From IMG/VR virus record IMGVR_UViG_3300036715_002161, positions 1 to 64,000 of that record: a DNA stretch of 64,000 bases. The stretch is one strand, 5' to 3'. Position numbers and translations under genes: made by a program. Shown here piece by piece: positions 40,648 to 49,417 of the stretch. This DNA comes from a virus. The number at the start of each line of letters is the position of its first letter. Positions within the stretch are counted from its first letter, which is position 1. A model generated the notes under the pieces. The model ran no database searches. It was not told the origin of the DNA and saw only the letters and a program-made list of their open reading frames with translations.

Positions 40648-40923
40648 CTAAACCAGCGAGTATCCGTCCTCAAAAGCTTTTGCTGGTGAATATGACTGAT
40701 ACCCGTCCTCATATACAACATAGTAGCCGCCCACATCAGGACTGTGCTTTTGCATATATTCATGCGGCACACGAAACGGTTCATACCTCGTGTTGGCTGG
40801 GTGAATCATCATGCTGCCGTCACTCTCATTTCCTGGTTGAGTCGGGTCAACCATGTTGTAAATTTTCAGCGCCCACACTTCCTTGTGGCATCTGTACTTT
40901 GGCATTTCTAAGCTTGCATTCAT
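40648..40923 (-). CDS. Conserved phage protein (GYYVVYEDGY.SYSP..FE.GY type)
   Basis: Motif recognition; AAGGA RBS. Confidence 0.65.
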   Translation of the reverse strand: MNASLEMPKYRCHKEVWALKIYNMVDPTQPGNESDGSMMIHPANTRYEPFRVPHEYMQKHSPDVGGYYVVYEDGYQSYSPAKAFEDGYSLV

Positions 40924-40960
40924 GGTATTTCCTTTGTTGCGCCACACTTCAAGGGCAGTG

Positions 40961-41022
40961 GGCTAACCCTACGTTCGAGCGGACGCTGGTAAAGCGTCAT
41001 GCCCCTCAACTACACGTTATGG
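40961..41022 (+). mobile_element. attC-like site, 62 bp
   Basis: GGCTAAC-CCTAC-GTTCGAG...CTCAAC-TACAC-GTTATGG. Confidence 0.85.
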
Positions 41023-41262
41023 CACACGAACCACTACGCGCCACTTGAATATAAAAAATCCACGCATCTCTACGTGCCCGATCTTTCCTTTTACCATTTC
41101 GTTAAAGCTTTCTACGGTCATCCATCCGTCTATGTCCGTCTTGATCGCCTTGGCTGCTTGAGATACATCCAAGATAATTACTTCTGATAATCCCCATCCG
41201 CAGCGATGGAATAGACATACGTCGCCTTTCTTGTATGCCACTTGTGCTGTTTCGAGTTTCAT
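41017..41262 (-). CDS. Hypothetical cassette protein
   Basis: Stop codon lies in the R' box of the attC at 40961. Confidence 0.6.
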   Translation of the reverse strand: MKLETAQVAYKKGDVCLFHRCGWGLSEVIILDVSQAAKAIKTDIDGWMTVESFNEMVKGKIGHVEMRGFFIFKWRVVVRVP

Positions 41263-41263
41263 T

Positions 41264-41521
41264 TCAATCCCCCTCTATGGTTGTTAAGTTAATTTGGAAA
41301 TACTCAGCCAGCTCGGACCTATTTCTCATTACACTAAAGTAGGTACTGCCAATATTACAATCTTCAGGTTTGGGATAATCGGGGAACTCACCGTCCCAGT
41401 TAACCACGGCTATCTCTGTGCGCCACTGCAAAGCCTGCCCATCAGTCTTGAATAATCGCAGTAGCGTGCAGTACTTAGTAATCCACTGTGCTACTACTAC
41501 GCTTTGCTGTTCTTCACTCAT
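41264..41521 (-). CDS. Hypothetical protein, paralog of 47600..47854
   Basis: MSEEQQSVV..QWRTEIAV.NW..EFPD..AEYFQ..EGD. Confidence 0.65.
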   Translation of the reverse strand: MSEEQQSVVVAQWITKYCTLLRLFKTDGQALQWRTEIAVVNWDGEFPDYPKPEDCNIGSTYFSVMRNRSELAEYFQINLTTIEGD

Positions 41522-41522
41522 G

Positions 41523-41747
41523 TCAGCTTTCCTTTGTTACCGCCGAAAAGAACCTGTCGCCTTTACCTGTAGGCTGTACAGTCATTGGGTCAAATCCCAT
41601 CTTCTCGCCAAGTTTGGCCCAGGCTGCATTTGCGTTTTCCTGAACGCTACGCACCGTGGCACATTGGAGCGCGATCATCGGTACTGGCCTCATTGCGTCA
41701 AACAGCGCAGTAAGATCATCGGCTGTCATTTCATAGTTTGTCCGCAT
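41523..41747 (-). CDS. Conserved small phage protein
   Basis: QENANAAWAKLGEKMGFD; AAGGA RBS. Confidence 0.65.
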   Translation of the reverse strand: MRTNYEMTADDLTALFDAMRPVPMIALQCATVRSVQENANAAWAKLGEKMGFDPMTVQPTGKGDRFFSAVTKES

Positions 41748-41759
41748 TTCGTTTCCTTT

Positions 41760-42086
41760 TCAAATTGCTCGTGTCTTCAAAACCTCGCCTGCTTCAAGTA
41801 ATGCAGCAGGATCGTATGCTATACCCACGGACCCATCAGCCCTGCGAATGACCAGTCTAGCGAAAAGGTTGGCAATTTTTCTGAGTCGCTCAATCTCGGC
41901 TGCCTCATCTCGCAAAGTGAGAAGGTCTGCAATCGCATTGGAGTACTTGTTAATGGCATTGACGGCATCATTGTGGTGTACCCCAAACATATCACCGTCG
42001 TCAAAGGCGAAGGCTATCTTTGCTAACTTCTCCGCATCTTTCAGTGCGGCTATCGCCCTGTTAATTACTTCGTTCTTTGTGTCCAT
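41760..42086 (-). CDS. Hypothetical protein
   Basis: GGAG RBS directly beside an attC. Confidence 0.6.
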   Translation of the reverse strand: MDTKNEVINRAIAALKDAEKLAKIAFAFDDGDMFGVHHNDAVNAINKYSNAIADLLTLRDEAAEIERLRKIANLFARLVIRRADGSVGIAYDPAALLEAGEVLKTRAI

Positions 42087-42096
42087 ATTTTCTCCG

Positions 42097-42150
42097 ATTT
42101 AACCTGGCAGTCTAGCTGACCCTTACAAGTTGCTCACTTTTGCGTTAGGC
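42097..42150 (+). mobile_element. attC-like site, 54 bp
   Basis: ATTTAAC-CTGGC-AGTCTAGC...GCTCACT-TTTGC-GTTAGGC. Confidence 0.75.
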
Positions 42151-42405
42151 CAACTCAAATACATGGAATATTAGGTAGCCTCCGTGAATCCCATAGGTTC
42201 CCACGTACTCGCCCGGACCGTCATGTATTAGATTGCCTGTGCCGTAGGTGGCAAAGTTGCGGGGCACGATAGGTTCCATCTCATCCACTAAAGCCCACAG
42301 TTGTGGTATGCCGTCTTGTGCTTGCACCTTAAGTAGCTTCGCACCCTTGTGGATGTGTAGGGTTTGCAAGTCAGTAACTGTCAGCGTCCATTTCAAAATT
42401 TTCAT
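42145..42405 (-). CDS. Conserved small phage protein
   Basis: MKILKWTL..GAKLL.VQ.Q..LWA.VD..GTG..YVGT..FHVFE; stop lies in attC R'. Confidence 0.7.
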   Translation of the reverse strand: MKILKWTLTVTDLQTLHIHKGAKLLKVQAQDGIPQLWALVDEMEPIVPRNFATYGTGNLIHDGPGEYVGTYGIHGGYLIFHVFELA

Positions 42406-42454
42406 GTTCTCTCCAAGGTTATGCGGGCCATTACTAATATAAATAGAGAGTATC

Positions 42455-42846
42455 TCTCTACTATTGTTATACCAAAATAAGTGTACTTTGACTAAAAAAA
42501 ATAAAGGACCTGGTAAGGTCACCCTTATTTAAAAAACAGCGCTCTGAATTGAGCGCTGCTGTTGTTACATAGCTCCGACCGTGTGGTCATCAAACACCTC
42601 TGATAGACTGGTCTTCAGATACTGTTCTACCTTGTAACACCCATAGGCCGTGATAGAAAGCCCCAGTATACTCAGATAGGTGTCATAGTTGGACTTAAGG
42701 TGATCCAAGACCTTAGATGTAAAACTTGCTTCTTTGGCAGGTGCATTCATTTGTAATACTCCTTATATTATATTTGGACAAACGGTATGTTTTATCCTAC
42801 TATTGTTATACCAAAATAAGTGTACTTTGACTAAAAAAATAAAGGG
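42455..42846 (-). repeat. Promoter-ORF-terminator-promoter module, copy 2
   Basis: Matches 13186-13648; two copies of the TAGTCA-N17-TATAAC promoter; terminator at 42531-42558. Confidence 0.9.
42565..42750 (-). CDS. Small membrane protein, paralog of 13282..13581
   Basis: FTSKVLDHLKSN..DDHTVGAM. Confidence 0.7.
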   Translation of the reverse strand: MNAPAKEASFTSKVLDHLKSNYDTYLSILGLSITAYGCYKVEQYLKTSLSEVFDDHTVGAM

Positions 42847-42895
42847 CCTAGAGTAGTGACCAAGGTTTTACTTGGTAAGGTCTACCACTATTTAA

Positions 42896-42941
42896 AAACC
42901 CTGACCCGCAAAAGCTTCATCCGGTTAACTCTATGTTATGT
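42896..42941 (+). mobile_element. Truncated attC-like site
   Basis: CCGCAAAAGC..ATCCGGTTAACTCTAT-GTTATGT matches the centre and right arm of the site at 51360; R'' missing. Confidence 0.6.
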
Positions 42942-43202
42942 GTCACTTGGTACGTTGGTTATTTCAGCATTATAGCGAGTATTCCATCGCTCTATTGCCT
43001 GCTCTTTGTCACGCCCGATCCGTTCGATCATCCGGCTTGGGCCAGGGGCTTCAGCGCACCAATGCCGCACCGAAACGCTGACCGGGTCGCTATACCTCAT
43101 GCCAACCCAGACTCTCCCGTTGTCTTTGAATTCGGTTATACCGCCGGGACAAAACGGGCACGGTAGCAACCGCTTCAAATCTTCATCCTTAGCTTCTATC
43201 AT
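42936..43202 (-). CDS. Lar-like (restriction alleviation family) Zn protein
   Basis: LLPCPFCPG...AIERWNTR. Confidence 0.6.
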   Translation of the reverse strand: MIEAKDEDLKRLLPCPFCPGGITEFKDNGRVWVGMRYSDPVSVSVRHWCAEAPGPSRMIERIGRDKEQAIERWNTRYNAEITNVPSDT

Positions 43203-43357
43203 TTCAGCCTCCTATCATCTGTCTGCACCTCTTGCAGTCTCTTGCCACAGTGCATTTTATTATCCGATGGTGTGCCCTCGCTTATGTCAAAAAGGTTTCC
43301 GCATCCGGTAACCCAAAAGCCATTATTGTCTTCAACCCAGTTACACTGTTCACTCAT
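43199..43357 (-). CDS. Small Zn-ribbon protein
   Basis: CNWVEDN..WVTGCGN; paralog of the next ORF. Confidence 0.55.
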   Translation of the reverse strand: MSEQCNWVEDNNGFWVTGCGNLFDISEGTPSDNKMHCGKRLQEVQTDDRRLK

Positions 43358-43539
43358 TTCAATTGTTCCTTTGTTAGAAGGCTCTCGCCACAGTATGGGC
43401 ATACACGTGAGTGCCTCTCTGACCGGTTTCCCCTGACGAACCCAAAGCAGTTTCCGCAGGTGCTAACCCAAAAACCTTCTCCGTCGTTGTCTTCGACCCA
43501 TGTATATGTTTTGTCTTCATGCAGTAGTGTATCCATCAT
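43354..43539 (-). CDS. Small Zn-ribbon protein
   Basis: WVEDN..WVSTCGNC..CPYCG; AAGGAG RBS. Confidence 0.6.
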   Translation of the reverse strand: MMDTLLHEDKTYTWVEDNDGEGFWVSTCGNCFGFVRGNRSERHSRVCPYCGESLLTKEQLK

Positions 43540-43547
43540 TTCTCCTT

Positions 43548-43583
43548 TTCAAAGTGCCTCACTTCAAAGGTAGGCGGTTAACC
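43548..43583 (-). repeat. Dispersed 36-bp leader element B
   Basis: TTYAAAGTGCCKCACTTYAARGGTAGGCGGYTAACC; other copies at 48990-49025, 49338-49373, 49615-49651, diverged 40939-40968, partial 47375-47390. Confidence 0.85.
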
Positions 43584-43817
43584 TTAGCCACCTATGCGCC
43601 GGTACTCCATGCATACAGTATCTGTGACCGTCTGCATGGTTGCTATCTTCCCTATATACATTGGCTGTATATGTGTGCGATACACAGGATTCACGCATTC
43701 CCAGTCGCCTTTCTTAAGTTCAAATGTTGGCTGATTGATTTCTTTCCATAAGCCAACACTAACAACAGCAAAGATGCCTGTTAAGATAACTACTATAATC
43801 CATTCCATACGATTCAT
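43584..43817 (-). CDS. Small membrane-anchored protein
   Basis: N-terminal TM segment; GAGGAG RBS; ATGA coupling. Confidence 0.6.
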   Translation of the reverse strand: MNRMEWIIVVILTGIFAVVSVGLWKEINQPTFELKKGDWECVNPVYRTHIQPMYIGKIATMQTVTDTVCMEYRRIGG

Positions 43818-44395
43818 ATTTTCTCCTCTGTTTGCCATGGCGCTCGGCCTTCACACATTTTGATGAACATCGATTTCTGAGCATCTTCCTCAGAAGCTCC
43901 AGTAGCAGCCCTAGCAGCAAACGCAGCAGCCCCCGCAGCAGCCTTAGCAGCCCTAGCAGCAAACGCAGCAGCAAACGCAGCAGTCCCTTCAGTAGTCCAC
44001 GCAGCAGCATTCGCAGCAGTCCACGCAGCAGCCAATTCAGAATCCGTAGCCTCTCCATTGGCATAGCGCTCAGCTACGTCTGGCGCGGCTATGCTGCGTG
44101 GATCAGTCATCAAGTGTTGCACCCTCCTAGCACACCAAACAGCAAATAGGCGGGAGTCCCTTTCTGTACCTGGAATACATAGGAGAGCCCACAGGGCATC
44201 ACCCAGGCAATTACTAGAGACTATGGAAGCCAACGGTAGAGGCCCCCTATGTTCGTAGCTGATGTAGTATTCTCGGGTGGAATCCAGGCTGGTGAACGGG
44301 AGTCCCTGAAGGCTTCTAACTACCTTGTTATATCCATTAAAGCAGGCTCTTTTTTTACTTAGGGAGGAAAGGGTTATTGTTAGCGGGTAGTTCAT
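43814..44395 (-). CDS. Ala-rich helical phage protein, paralog of 40003..40605
   Basis: Shared N- and C-termini. Confidence 0.7.
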   Translation of the reverse strand: MNYPLTITLSSLSKKRACFNGYNKVVRSLQGLPFTSLDSTREYYISYEHRGPLPLASIVSSNCLGDALWALLCIPGTERDSRLFAVWCARRVQHLMTDPRSIAAPDVAERYANGEATDSELAAAWTAANAAAWTTEGTAAFAAAFAARAAKAAAGAAAFAARAATGASEEDAQKSMFIKMCEGRAPWQTEEKI

Positions 44396-44461
44396 AGTGG
44401 TGTTCCTTGAATGTTATCTGGCAGCATCTTGGCGCGTCTTCTGTACCGGGCAATTAACTTA

Positions 44462-44959
44462 TTACTTGGGCGTAGTGTAGAGCGGGAGACAAAAACTCTC
44501 ATTCCAACCATCAGTCGTCTTTGCAAAAGAGTGGTAATGCCAATCTCCTGCATCGTCCACTAGGAATCGAGAATAGCCATAAGGCTTACTCTGTACTTTG
44601 TAGGCGGCAATGCGCTCTTCAAGCACCGCCGCGTAGCCGTCCATGCAACGGGCTTGGTTGCGCAACCGTGACTGTTCGGCTTCCGACAGATCGGCAAACT
44701 GAATCGTATGAAAGAAGGTAGATAACTTTATCAGCTTCTTGTCGAGTTCGGCCTTCTCAGTTAAAACGCGTTTATGGACGTAGGTTTTGAATGCGTCTTC
44801 TGGCCGATGATTGATCTCTTCCATTTGTGCTATTAGTGCTTCTCTGAGTACAATGATGGCTGGACGGCATTTCTTTTCCCATATTCTGTAGTAACTGCCG
44901 CCCAGTATAGATATTTCTTCTAGCGCCTCAAGCGCCAGTTCCATTGCTTTCTTGCTCAT
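44462..44959 (-). CDS. Mosaic protein: MSKKAMELALEALE module plus crAss001_48-like helical domain
   Basis: RVLTEKAELDKKLIKL..F..Q...M..Y..VL.ERI; GGAG RBS. Confidence 0.6.
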   Translation of the reverse strand: MSKKAMELALEALEEISILGGSYYRIWEKKCRPAIIVLREALIAQMEEINHRPEDAFKTYVHKRVLTEKAELDKKLIKLSTFFHTIQFADLSEAEQSRLRNQARCMDGYAAVLEERIAAYKVQSKPYGYSRFLVDDAGDWHYHSFAKTTDGWNESFCLPLYTTPK

Positions 44960-44960
44960 A

Positions 44961-45518
44961 TCAATCTCCATAAGGTAGTCCATCTGTAAGCGCATTGCCA
45001 GCGTTTCCTTGCTGCTCCGGGTTGTTCGGGTTAGGCGACACACCATTAGTATTGAGCACATTTATAGGTATCCCAATGCAGGCATTAACGCAGGCCGCAA
45101 TCCGCTTAGCGTCGGACTCAGAAATTGCGTAGCCGATTTTCTCTCCCGGTGGGCAGACATACCAGCCATCTATATCCTCACCATATCCCCATATCGTGCC
45201 GCCTAACCCTACATTCGAGAGCGACTCCCCAAAAGCGTAGCTCGCCATCGCGGCGCGCAACATTTCAACTTCGGCATTCGAGTCGGACTCACCCTGCTGC
45301 TTGATTGCTTCAACAGTCGAAGCGTGACAACCCATGCGTTCGCAGCCACCTACAAACCCTTCTAATGAGCAGCCATCTTCAAACTCTGGGCCATTATCTT
45401 GTTGAGTGATCGCTTCCTTAAGTGCGGCGATGGCAGCATCACTTTTAGGAATCGCCCGCGTCTGCTCACGGTGATATTCCAGCGCCTCAAGTGCCTGTTC
45501 CATTGCTTTCTTGCTCAT
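44961..45518 (-). CDS. Mosaic protein that reads through an attC-like site
   Basis: MSKKAMEQALEALE start; internal SNAEVE...SLSNVGLG; AKRIAACVNAC. Confidence 0.6.
   Translation of the reverse strand: MSKKAMEQALEALEYHREQTRAIPKSDAAIAALKEAITQQDNGPEFEDGCSLEGFVGGCERMGCHASTVEAIKQQGESDSNAEVEMLRAAMASYAFGESLSNVGLGGTIWGYGEDIDGWYVCPPGEKIGYAISESDAKRIAACVNACIGIPINVLNTNGVSPNPNNPEQQGNAGNALTDGLPYGD
45201..45282 (+). mobile_element. Degenerate attC-like site inside a coding sequence
   Basis: GCCTAACCCTACATTCGAGAG is identical to the left arm of the site at 49876; R' degenerate (ATTCGAG). Confidence 0.65.
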
Positions 45519-45519
45519 T

Positions 45520-45780
45520 TCAATCTCCATAGGGTAGTCCATCCGTAAGTGCGTTGCCAGCGTTAGCCACCTCATTCTCATAATCTGGCGGGTCCACGAA
45601 ATAAAAATTTCTCGGCAAAGGTGCAAGGCCATCAAGTTTTGCAGCAAGCATCCAGAGAAGTTTTTCCCGAACTACAACGCCATCCACTTCAGTAACAAAG
45701 TGGTCGCCCTCTTGCCACACAAATACAGGAAACCTTCCACAGTACGTTAGGTGCAGCGTTATTGCTTCGTTTTTGTTCAT
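45520..45780 (-). CDS. Hypothetical protein
   Basis: GGAG RBS; C-terminal NAGNALTDGLPYGD shared with 44961..45518. Confidence 0.6.
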   Translation of the reverse strand: MNKNEAITLHLTYCGRFPVFVWQEGDHFVTEVDGVVVREKLLWMLAAKLDGLAPLPRNFYFVDPPDYENEVANAGNALTDGLPYGD

Positions 45781-45882
45781 GTTTTACTCCGTTGTTAGCC
45801 GTGGTCGAACTATTCAATCGCCGCCATAGCGAATTTCTTACGAATCGCATCAATACAATCACATGGGGTTGTATCTGGCATC

Positions 45883-46182
45883 TTATCCAACTCTATCACC
45901 TAAGTAGAGTGGGCGGCAAAGAGAGACATTCCAACCCTCAGTTGTCATTGCAATAGAATGTAAACGCCGATAACCTAGATCGTCTAACATGTATCTAGCA
46001 TAGCCGAACGGCTCATCCAGCTGCTTGATCGCTTCTTTGAGTACATCTGTGGCTGTGCATCCATAGAATAGAGCTTCTTGCAGGACCGACATTCCAGCAT
46101 TTGATCCTGAGTGCTTATGTGCTATAGTTGCGTCCCATTTTTCTAAGGCATCAAGCGCCAGTTCCATTGCTTTCTTGCTCAT
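45883..46182 (-). CDS. MSKKAMELAL-module protein
   Basis: Third copy of the N-terminal module; C-terminus resembles 44462..44959. Confidence 0.6.
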   Translation of the reverse strand: MSKKAMELALDALEKWDATIAHKHSGSNAGMSVLQEALFYGCTATDVLKEAIKQLDEPFGYARYMLDDLGYRRLHSIAMTTEGWNVSLCRPLYLGDRVG

Positions 46183-46382
46183 TTCAATCTCCCTGGGGTA
46201 GTATCAATGGTTAGCGCCAACTCTTGCAAGTCTGCCATTACTTCTTTATTCATGGCTATACACCAGGCAGCGAATCTGTAGCGAGTCCAGCGCATAGGTG
46301 CATCGTCGTCAATAATCTGGCACAAAGCCCATGCAATGCGGTCTTTTGTACTTGCGGTTTCTTTGTCGTATGGTATGTACAT
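46179..46382 (-). CDS. Hypothetical protein
   Basis: RBS present; ATGA coupling. Confidence 0.55.
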   Translation of the reverse strand: MYIPYDKETASTKDRIAWALCQIIDDDAPMRWTRYRFAAWCIAMNKEVMADLQELALTIDTTPGRLK

Positions 46383-46407
46383 ATCAATCCCCTTGGTTAT
46401 GGGTTAC

Positions 46408-47076
46408 TTACAGGGTTTCTTTAAAGTGCTTCATTGTAACTGGGCAGACGGCAGTCGCCAGTTCCAGTAAAGCCTCAGCGTACACCCGGATTTCGTACTG
46501 GGCATGTGCATGAAGTCGAAGACGCAAGAAGTGCATGAGGTTGTGTAGGTCGACCGAGGCAAACATATGGCTGTAGGTACCCGTAGTGAGTACTGACCTG
46601 GCTAGCTCTCTTGGACAGCCTTCCCTGATGAGGCTCTGGTATACCTCAAAGCATGAGTTGTTGGCAGCATCGATAGTCAGCTGGAATTTGCTGGCTAATG
46701 GATGTACTTCCTCAGTCCTCATTTGTTTATTGTCCTTGCTTTGCGTGGTTATTTGAGCCAGCTCCGGTACGTAGTACTCTTCTGGTAGCTCTGCGTACCT
46801 AGCACTAACTTCATTGTAGCTCCAGGTGCGGTGGCGGTGCCACTGTCTCAATACGAAGATGGGGGCCTTCACCTCAAAGGTGAACTGCACCGACTCAAAG
46901 GGGCTTGTGTGTTTGTTATTCAGCAGGTACTTGATGAGCTTCTCATCCTTACCCGAATCCTCTCCTGTGCGCCACTCCGCTGCATAGCTTACGCGAGCTG
47001 CCCGCACTATGGATAGATCACTGCCCATACTATCTACTAGCCTGACTAACCCACGGTCCAATACTTTGAATTCCAT
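46408..47076 (-). CDS. thyX: Flavin-dependent thymidylate synthase
   Basis: AARVSY, HTSPFE, RQWHRHRTWSYNEVSARY, ELARSVL, HAQYEIR. Confidence 0.95.
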   Translation of the reverse strand: MEFKVLDRGLVRLVDSMGSDLSIVRAARVSYAAEWRTGEDSGKDEKLIKYLLNNKHTSPFESVQFTFEVKAPIFVLRQWHRHRTWSYNEVSARYAELPEEYYVPELAQITTQSKDNKQMRTEEVHPLASKFQLTIDAANNSCFEVYQSLIREGCPRELARSVLTTGTYSHMFASVDLHNLMHFLRLRLHAHAQYEIRVYAEALLELATAVCPVTMKHFKETL

Positions 47077-47096
47077 TTTAATCTCCTGTAGTTCGT

Positions 47097-47333
47097 TCAC
47101 GTTGGGGCTGTCTCTGATTGGGGAATATCAAGGAATCTCACATGCTCTAAAGGTACATTGCTTATAGTTCCATCTGGCCACTCAACAATTGCAGTTGTGT
47201 AGTTACCCGCACAAGTCGCGAACTCTTCGTAGTTCACGCCGAATTGATGAAACATCGCTTCGCCCTTTTCCTCCAGTCTCCATACACCGCTGGGGAACTG
47301 CTTTTTAAGCTCACTTACCATTACTTTACGCAT
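47097..47333 (-). CDS. Conserved small phage protein
   Basis: FHQFGVNYEEF...GNYTTAIVE..DG. Confidence 0.7.
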   Translation of the reverse strand: MRKVMVSELKKQFPSGVWRLEEKGEAMFHQFGVNYEEFATCAGNYTTAIVEWPDGTISNVPLEHVRFLDIPQSETAPT

Positions 47334-47370
47334 TTCATTTCCTTTCTTTCATCTTGGTGCATATCACGGG

Positions 47371-47598
47371 TTAGGGGTAGGCGGCTAACCTTACTTTGGG
47401 GCGTAGCGGGCACCATTTTGGTATCGCCTGTTTATTATCGTTCCATTTGCGCAGAGCTATACGCTTGTTGTGATGTGCTTTGCATGTCCACTCATCTATT
47501 GACTCGAATACATCCGCTTTGTGGAAGCGTTTGCTCTCATGATTAGGGCACCACCCGCAGTCCGCCACTGTCCTTATAAACTGTACTGTTTCAGTCAT
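47371..47598 (-). CDS. Cys-rich small protein
   Basis: CGWCP..C..IPKWCPL. Confidence 0.6.
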   Translation of the reverse strand: MTETVQFIRTVADCGWCPNHESKRFHKADVFESIDEWTCKAHHNKRIALRKWNDNKQAIPKWCPLRPKVRLAAYP

Positions 47599-47599
47599 T

Positions 47600-47854
47600 T
47601 CAATCCCCCTCCATGGTTGTGAAGAAAGTTTGGAAATACTCGGCCCGCTCAGTCATATTGCTCATTAGATAAAAGTATATGCAGCCAATATCACAATATT
47701 CAGGTTCAGGATCATCAGGGAACTCATCGGCCCAGTTAGCCACGGCTATCTCTGTGCGCCACTGAAAAGCCTGCTCCTTAGTCTTGAACACCCGCACCTC
47801 TGTGCTATCTACTGTTTTGTATAATGCTACTACGCTTTGCTGTTCTTCACTCAT
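47600..47854 (-). CDS. Paralog of 41264..41521
   Basis: Shared motifs. Confidence 0.65.
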   Translation of the reverse strand: MSEEQQSVVALYKTVDSTEVRVFKTKEQAFQWRTEIAVANWADEFPDDPEPEYCDIGCIYFYLMSNMTERAEYFQTFFTTMEGD

Positions 47855-47881
47855 GTCAACTTACCTTTGAACGCTGTGATT

Positions 47882-48073
47882 CTATTCATGCTCGGCCCTG
47901 GCCTCAAGTACCCTGTAGTCCTTACTGTACTGATCGTTTAATTCCCCCCACAGTGGGTCATCTGCTGTGAGTTTGGTAGGCTTATGCGCCCAAATCTCAT
48001 TTGTTATCGCTGCACCCACTATACCTCCCATGACCATTGAGACCGAAGCCAAAAGCAAATCGTGGTTAATCAT
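47882..48073 (-). CDS. Small membrane protein
   Basis: TM segment; GGAG RBS. Confidence 0.5.
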   Translation of the reverse strand: MINHDLLLASVSMVMGGIVGAAITNEIWAHKPTKLTADDPLWGELNDQYSKDYRVLEARAEHE

Positions 48074-48293
48074 TTTCTACTCCGTAACTTGGTGTAAAAC
48101 AAGTTGAACAAACGCAGCACACGCAACATTCAATATCTGGCCGATCATTATCCTCAAAGCTTTTAATGTCTTGCTCAGTATATCCTGCATCTTTCCGGTT
48201 TTTTGCACTCCAGTCACCACTCCCTCCACCCCAATCAGAATCAAGGCGAAAGTGTCCAATTCTTGTGCTTTTACAGTTAGGGCAAATCTGCAT
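48066..48293 (-). CDS. Zn-ribbon protein, paralog of the N-terminus of 51623..52048
   Basis: MQICPNCKSTRIG...RPDIECCVCCVCSTCFTPS. Confidence 0.65.
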   Translation of the reverse strand: MQICPNCKSTRIGHFRLDSDWGGGSGDWSAKNRKDAGYTEQDIKSFEDNDRPDIECCVCCVCSTCFTPSYGVEND

Positions 48294-48540
48294 AACTCTC
48301 TCCTATTAAGCTAGATGGACTGAAGTATTTAATAAGCGAAAACATGGCATCTTTGTCTTGCGACCATTTGCACTTCACAATAACCTGGGTTGTCGTGTTC
48401 TCGCCTTCCTTGGGTCGCAGCACCTTTAACGCTTTTGCCCAGCCATACCTTGGATGGTCTTTGTGCCTGTAGCTTTTGTCAATCACTATGTCTTTTGCTC
48501 TCATCATTTTCTCCGTCCTGTAGCTCAATACTTCAAACAT
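48277..48540 (-). CDS. Hypothetical protein
   Basis: Overlap-coupled ORF. Confidence 0.55.
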   Translation of the reverse strand: MFEVLSYRTEKMMRAKDIVIDKSYRHKDHPRYGWAKALKVLRPKEGENTTTQVIVKCKWSQDKDAMFSLIKYFSPSSLIGESYADLP

Positions 48541-48976
48541 CGCTTTCCTCCACTAAGCCCTGAGGTGTCGGCAGCTTAGTGGTGTCCACTCCGAAGCAAC
48601 TTTGCATGAAGCGTGTAGTCGCTGCGTTGGCCTCGTCGGGCAGTATGCCTTCGTACAGCATATTCATCGCAATCTCGCAGTGCCATCCCCACGCATATTT
48701 GGGGTCATCTCGCATTTCACTCTTCAAGATTTCGAGCGCCGCCTCAATGCGACTTGGTGTCTTGGTGTCGCCATCTAGGCTGCACCGCGCCGGCCATTGA
48801 GAGAACGGTTCGCAGGTGCTGTCAACCCCGCGCAGTTCCATAAAAGCTTTGATTTCTTCAGCCATCGGGGCAGAGTTGTTGGCCGAAGCAGTCAAAGGCT
48901 TGTTACGCATTGTAAGATAGTCGCCGAAGTCTAACAGCACTCCCGCAACAATGTGATCCAGTCGTTCAAGGCTCAT
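48533..48976 (-). CDS. Hypothetical two-module protein
   Basis: IVAGVLLDFGDYLT; YAWGWHCEIAM..FMQSCFGVD. Confidence 0.6.
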   Translation of the reverse strand: MSLERLDHIVAGVLLDFGDYLTMRNKPLTASANNSAPMAEEIKAFMELRGVDSTCEPFSQWPARCSLDGDTKTPSRIEAALEILKSEMRDDPKYAWGWHCEIAMNMLYEGILPDEANAATTRFMQSCFGVDTTKLPTPQGLVEESDV

Positions 48977-49024
48977 AGTTTAATTTCCTTTTAAAGTTCC
49001 GCACTTTGAAGGTAGGCGGCTAAC

Positions 49025-49324
49025 CTACCAAATAGCAACCAACTTTCGTCCGTTTGCTTTGTCGCCATCTATCAGTTCAATCCTAACGCCAGGAACAAAA
49101 GTAATTGCTTCGGCTACATTATCACCTTGCTGCGTAGTTACTTGTACAACACACCCAACACCATCAATCTGCATTGCCTTTGTTGACTTCATCCACCCTT
49201 GCGCCGTGGAGGATGCTTTGCAAATAAGCTGGAATGTATCACCATTGCCAAACACTTTCAAGTCGTTAATATTCGCAGTTGCTCCTTTCACCTCTGTGAT
49301 GTCCATCAATTTAGGTTCTGTCAT
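49025..49324 (-). CDS. Conserved phage protein
   Basis: VFGNGDTFQLICKASS..GWMKSTKAM..GCVVQVTTQ; RBS follows element B. Confidence 0.7.
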   Translation of the reverse strand: MTEPKLMDITEVKGATANINDLKVFGNGDTFQLICKASSTAQGWMKSTKAMQIDGVGCVVQVTTQQGDNVAEAITFVPGVRIELIDGDKANGRKLVAIW

Positions 49325-49417
49325 CTTACTTTCCTCTTTCAAAATGCCGCACTTCAAAGGTAGGCGGTTAACCTCTTGCTCCGTATCAAATACGTTCAAG
49401 CGGATTATGTAGCACTG

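Noticed and set aside
43900-44030. GCAGCA-rich low-complexity repeat as a separate element
   Set aside because: It is explained by the Ala-rich coding repeats of ORF 43814..44395.
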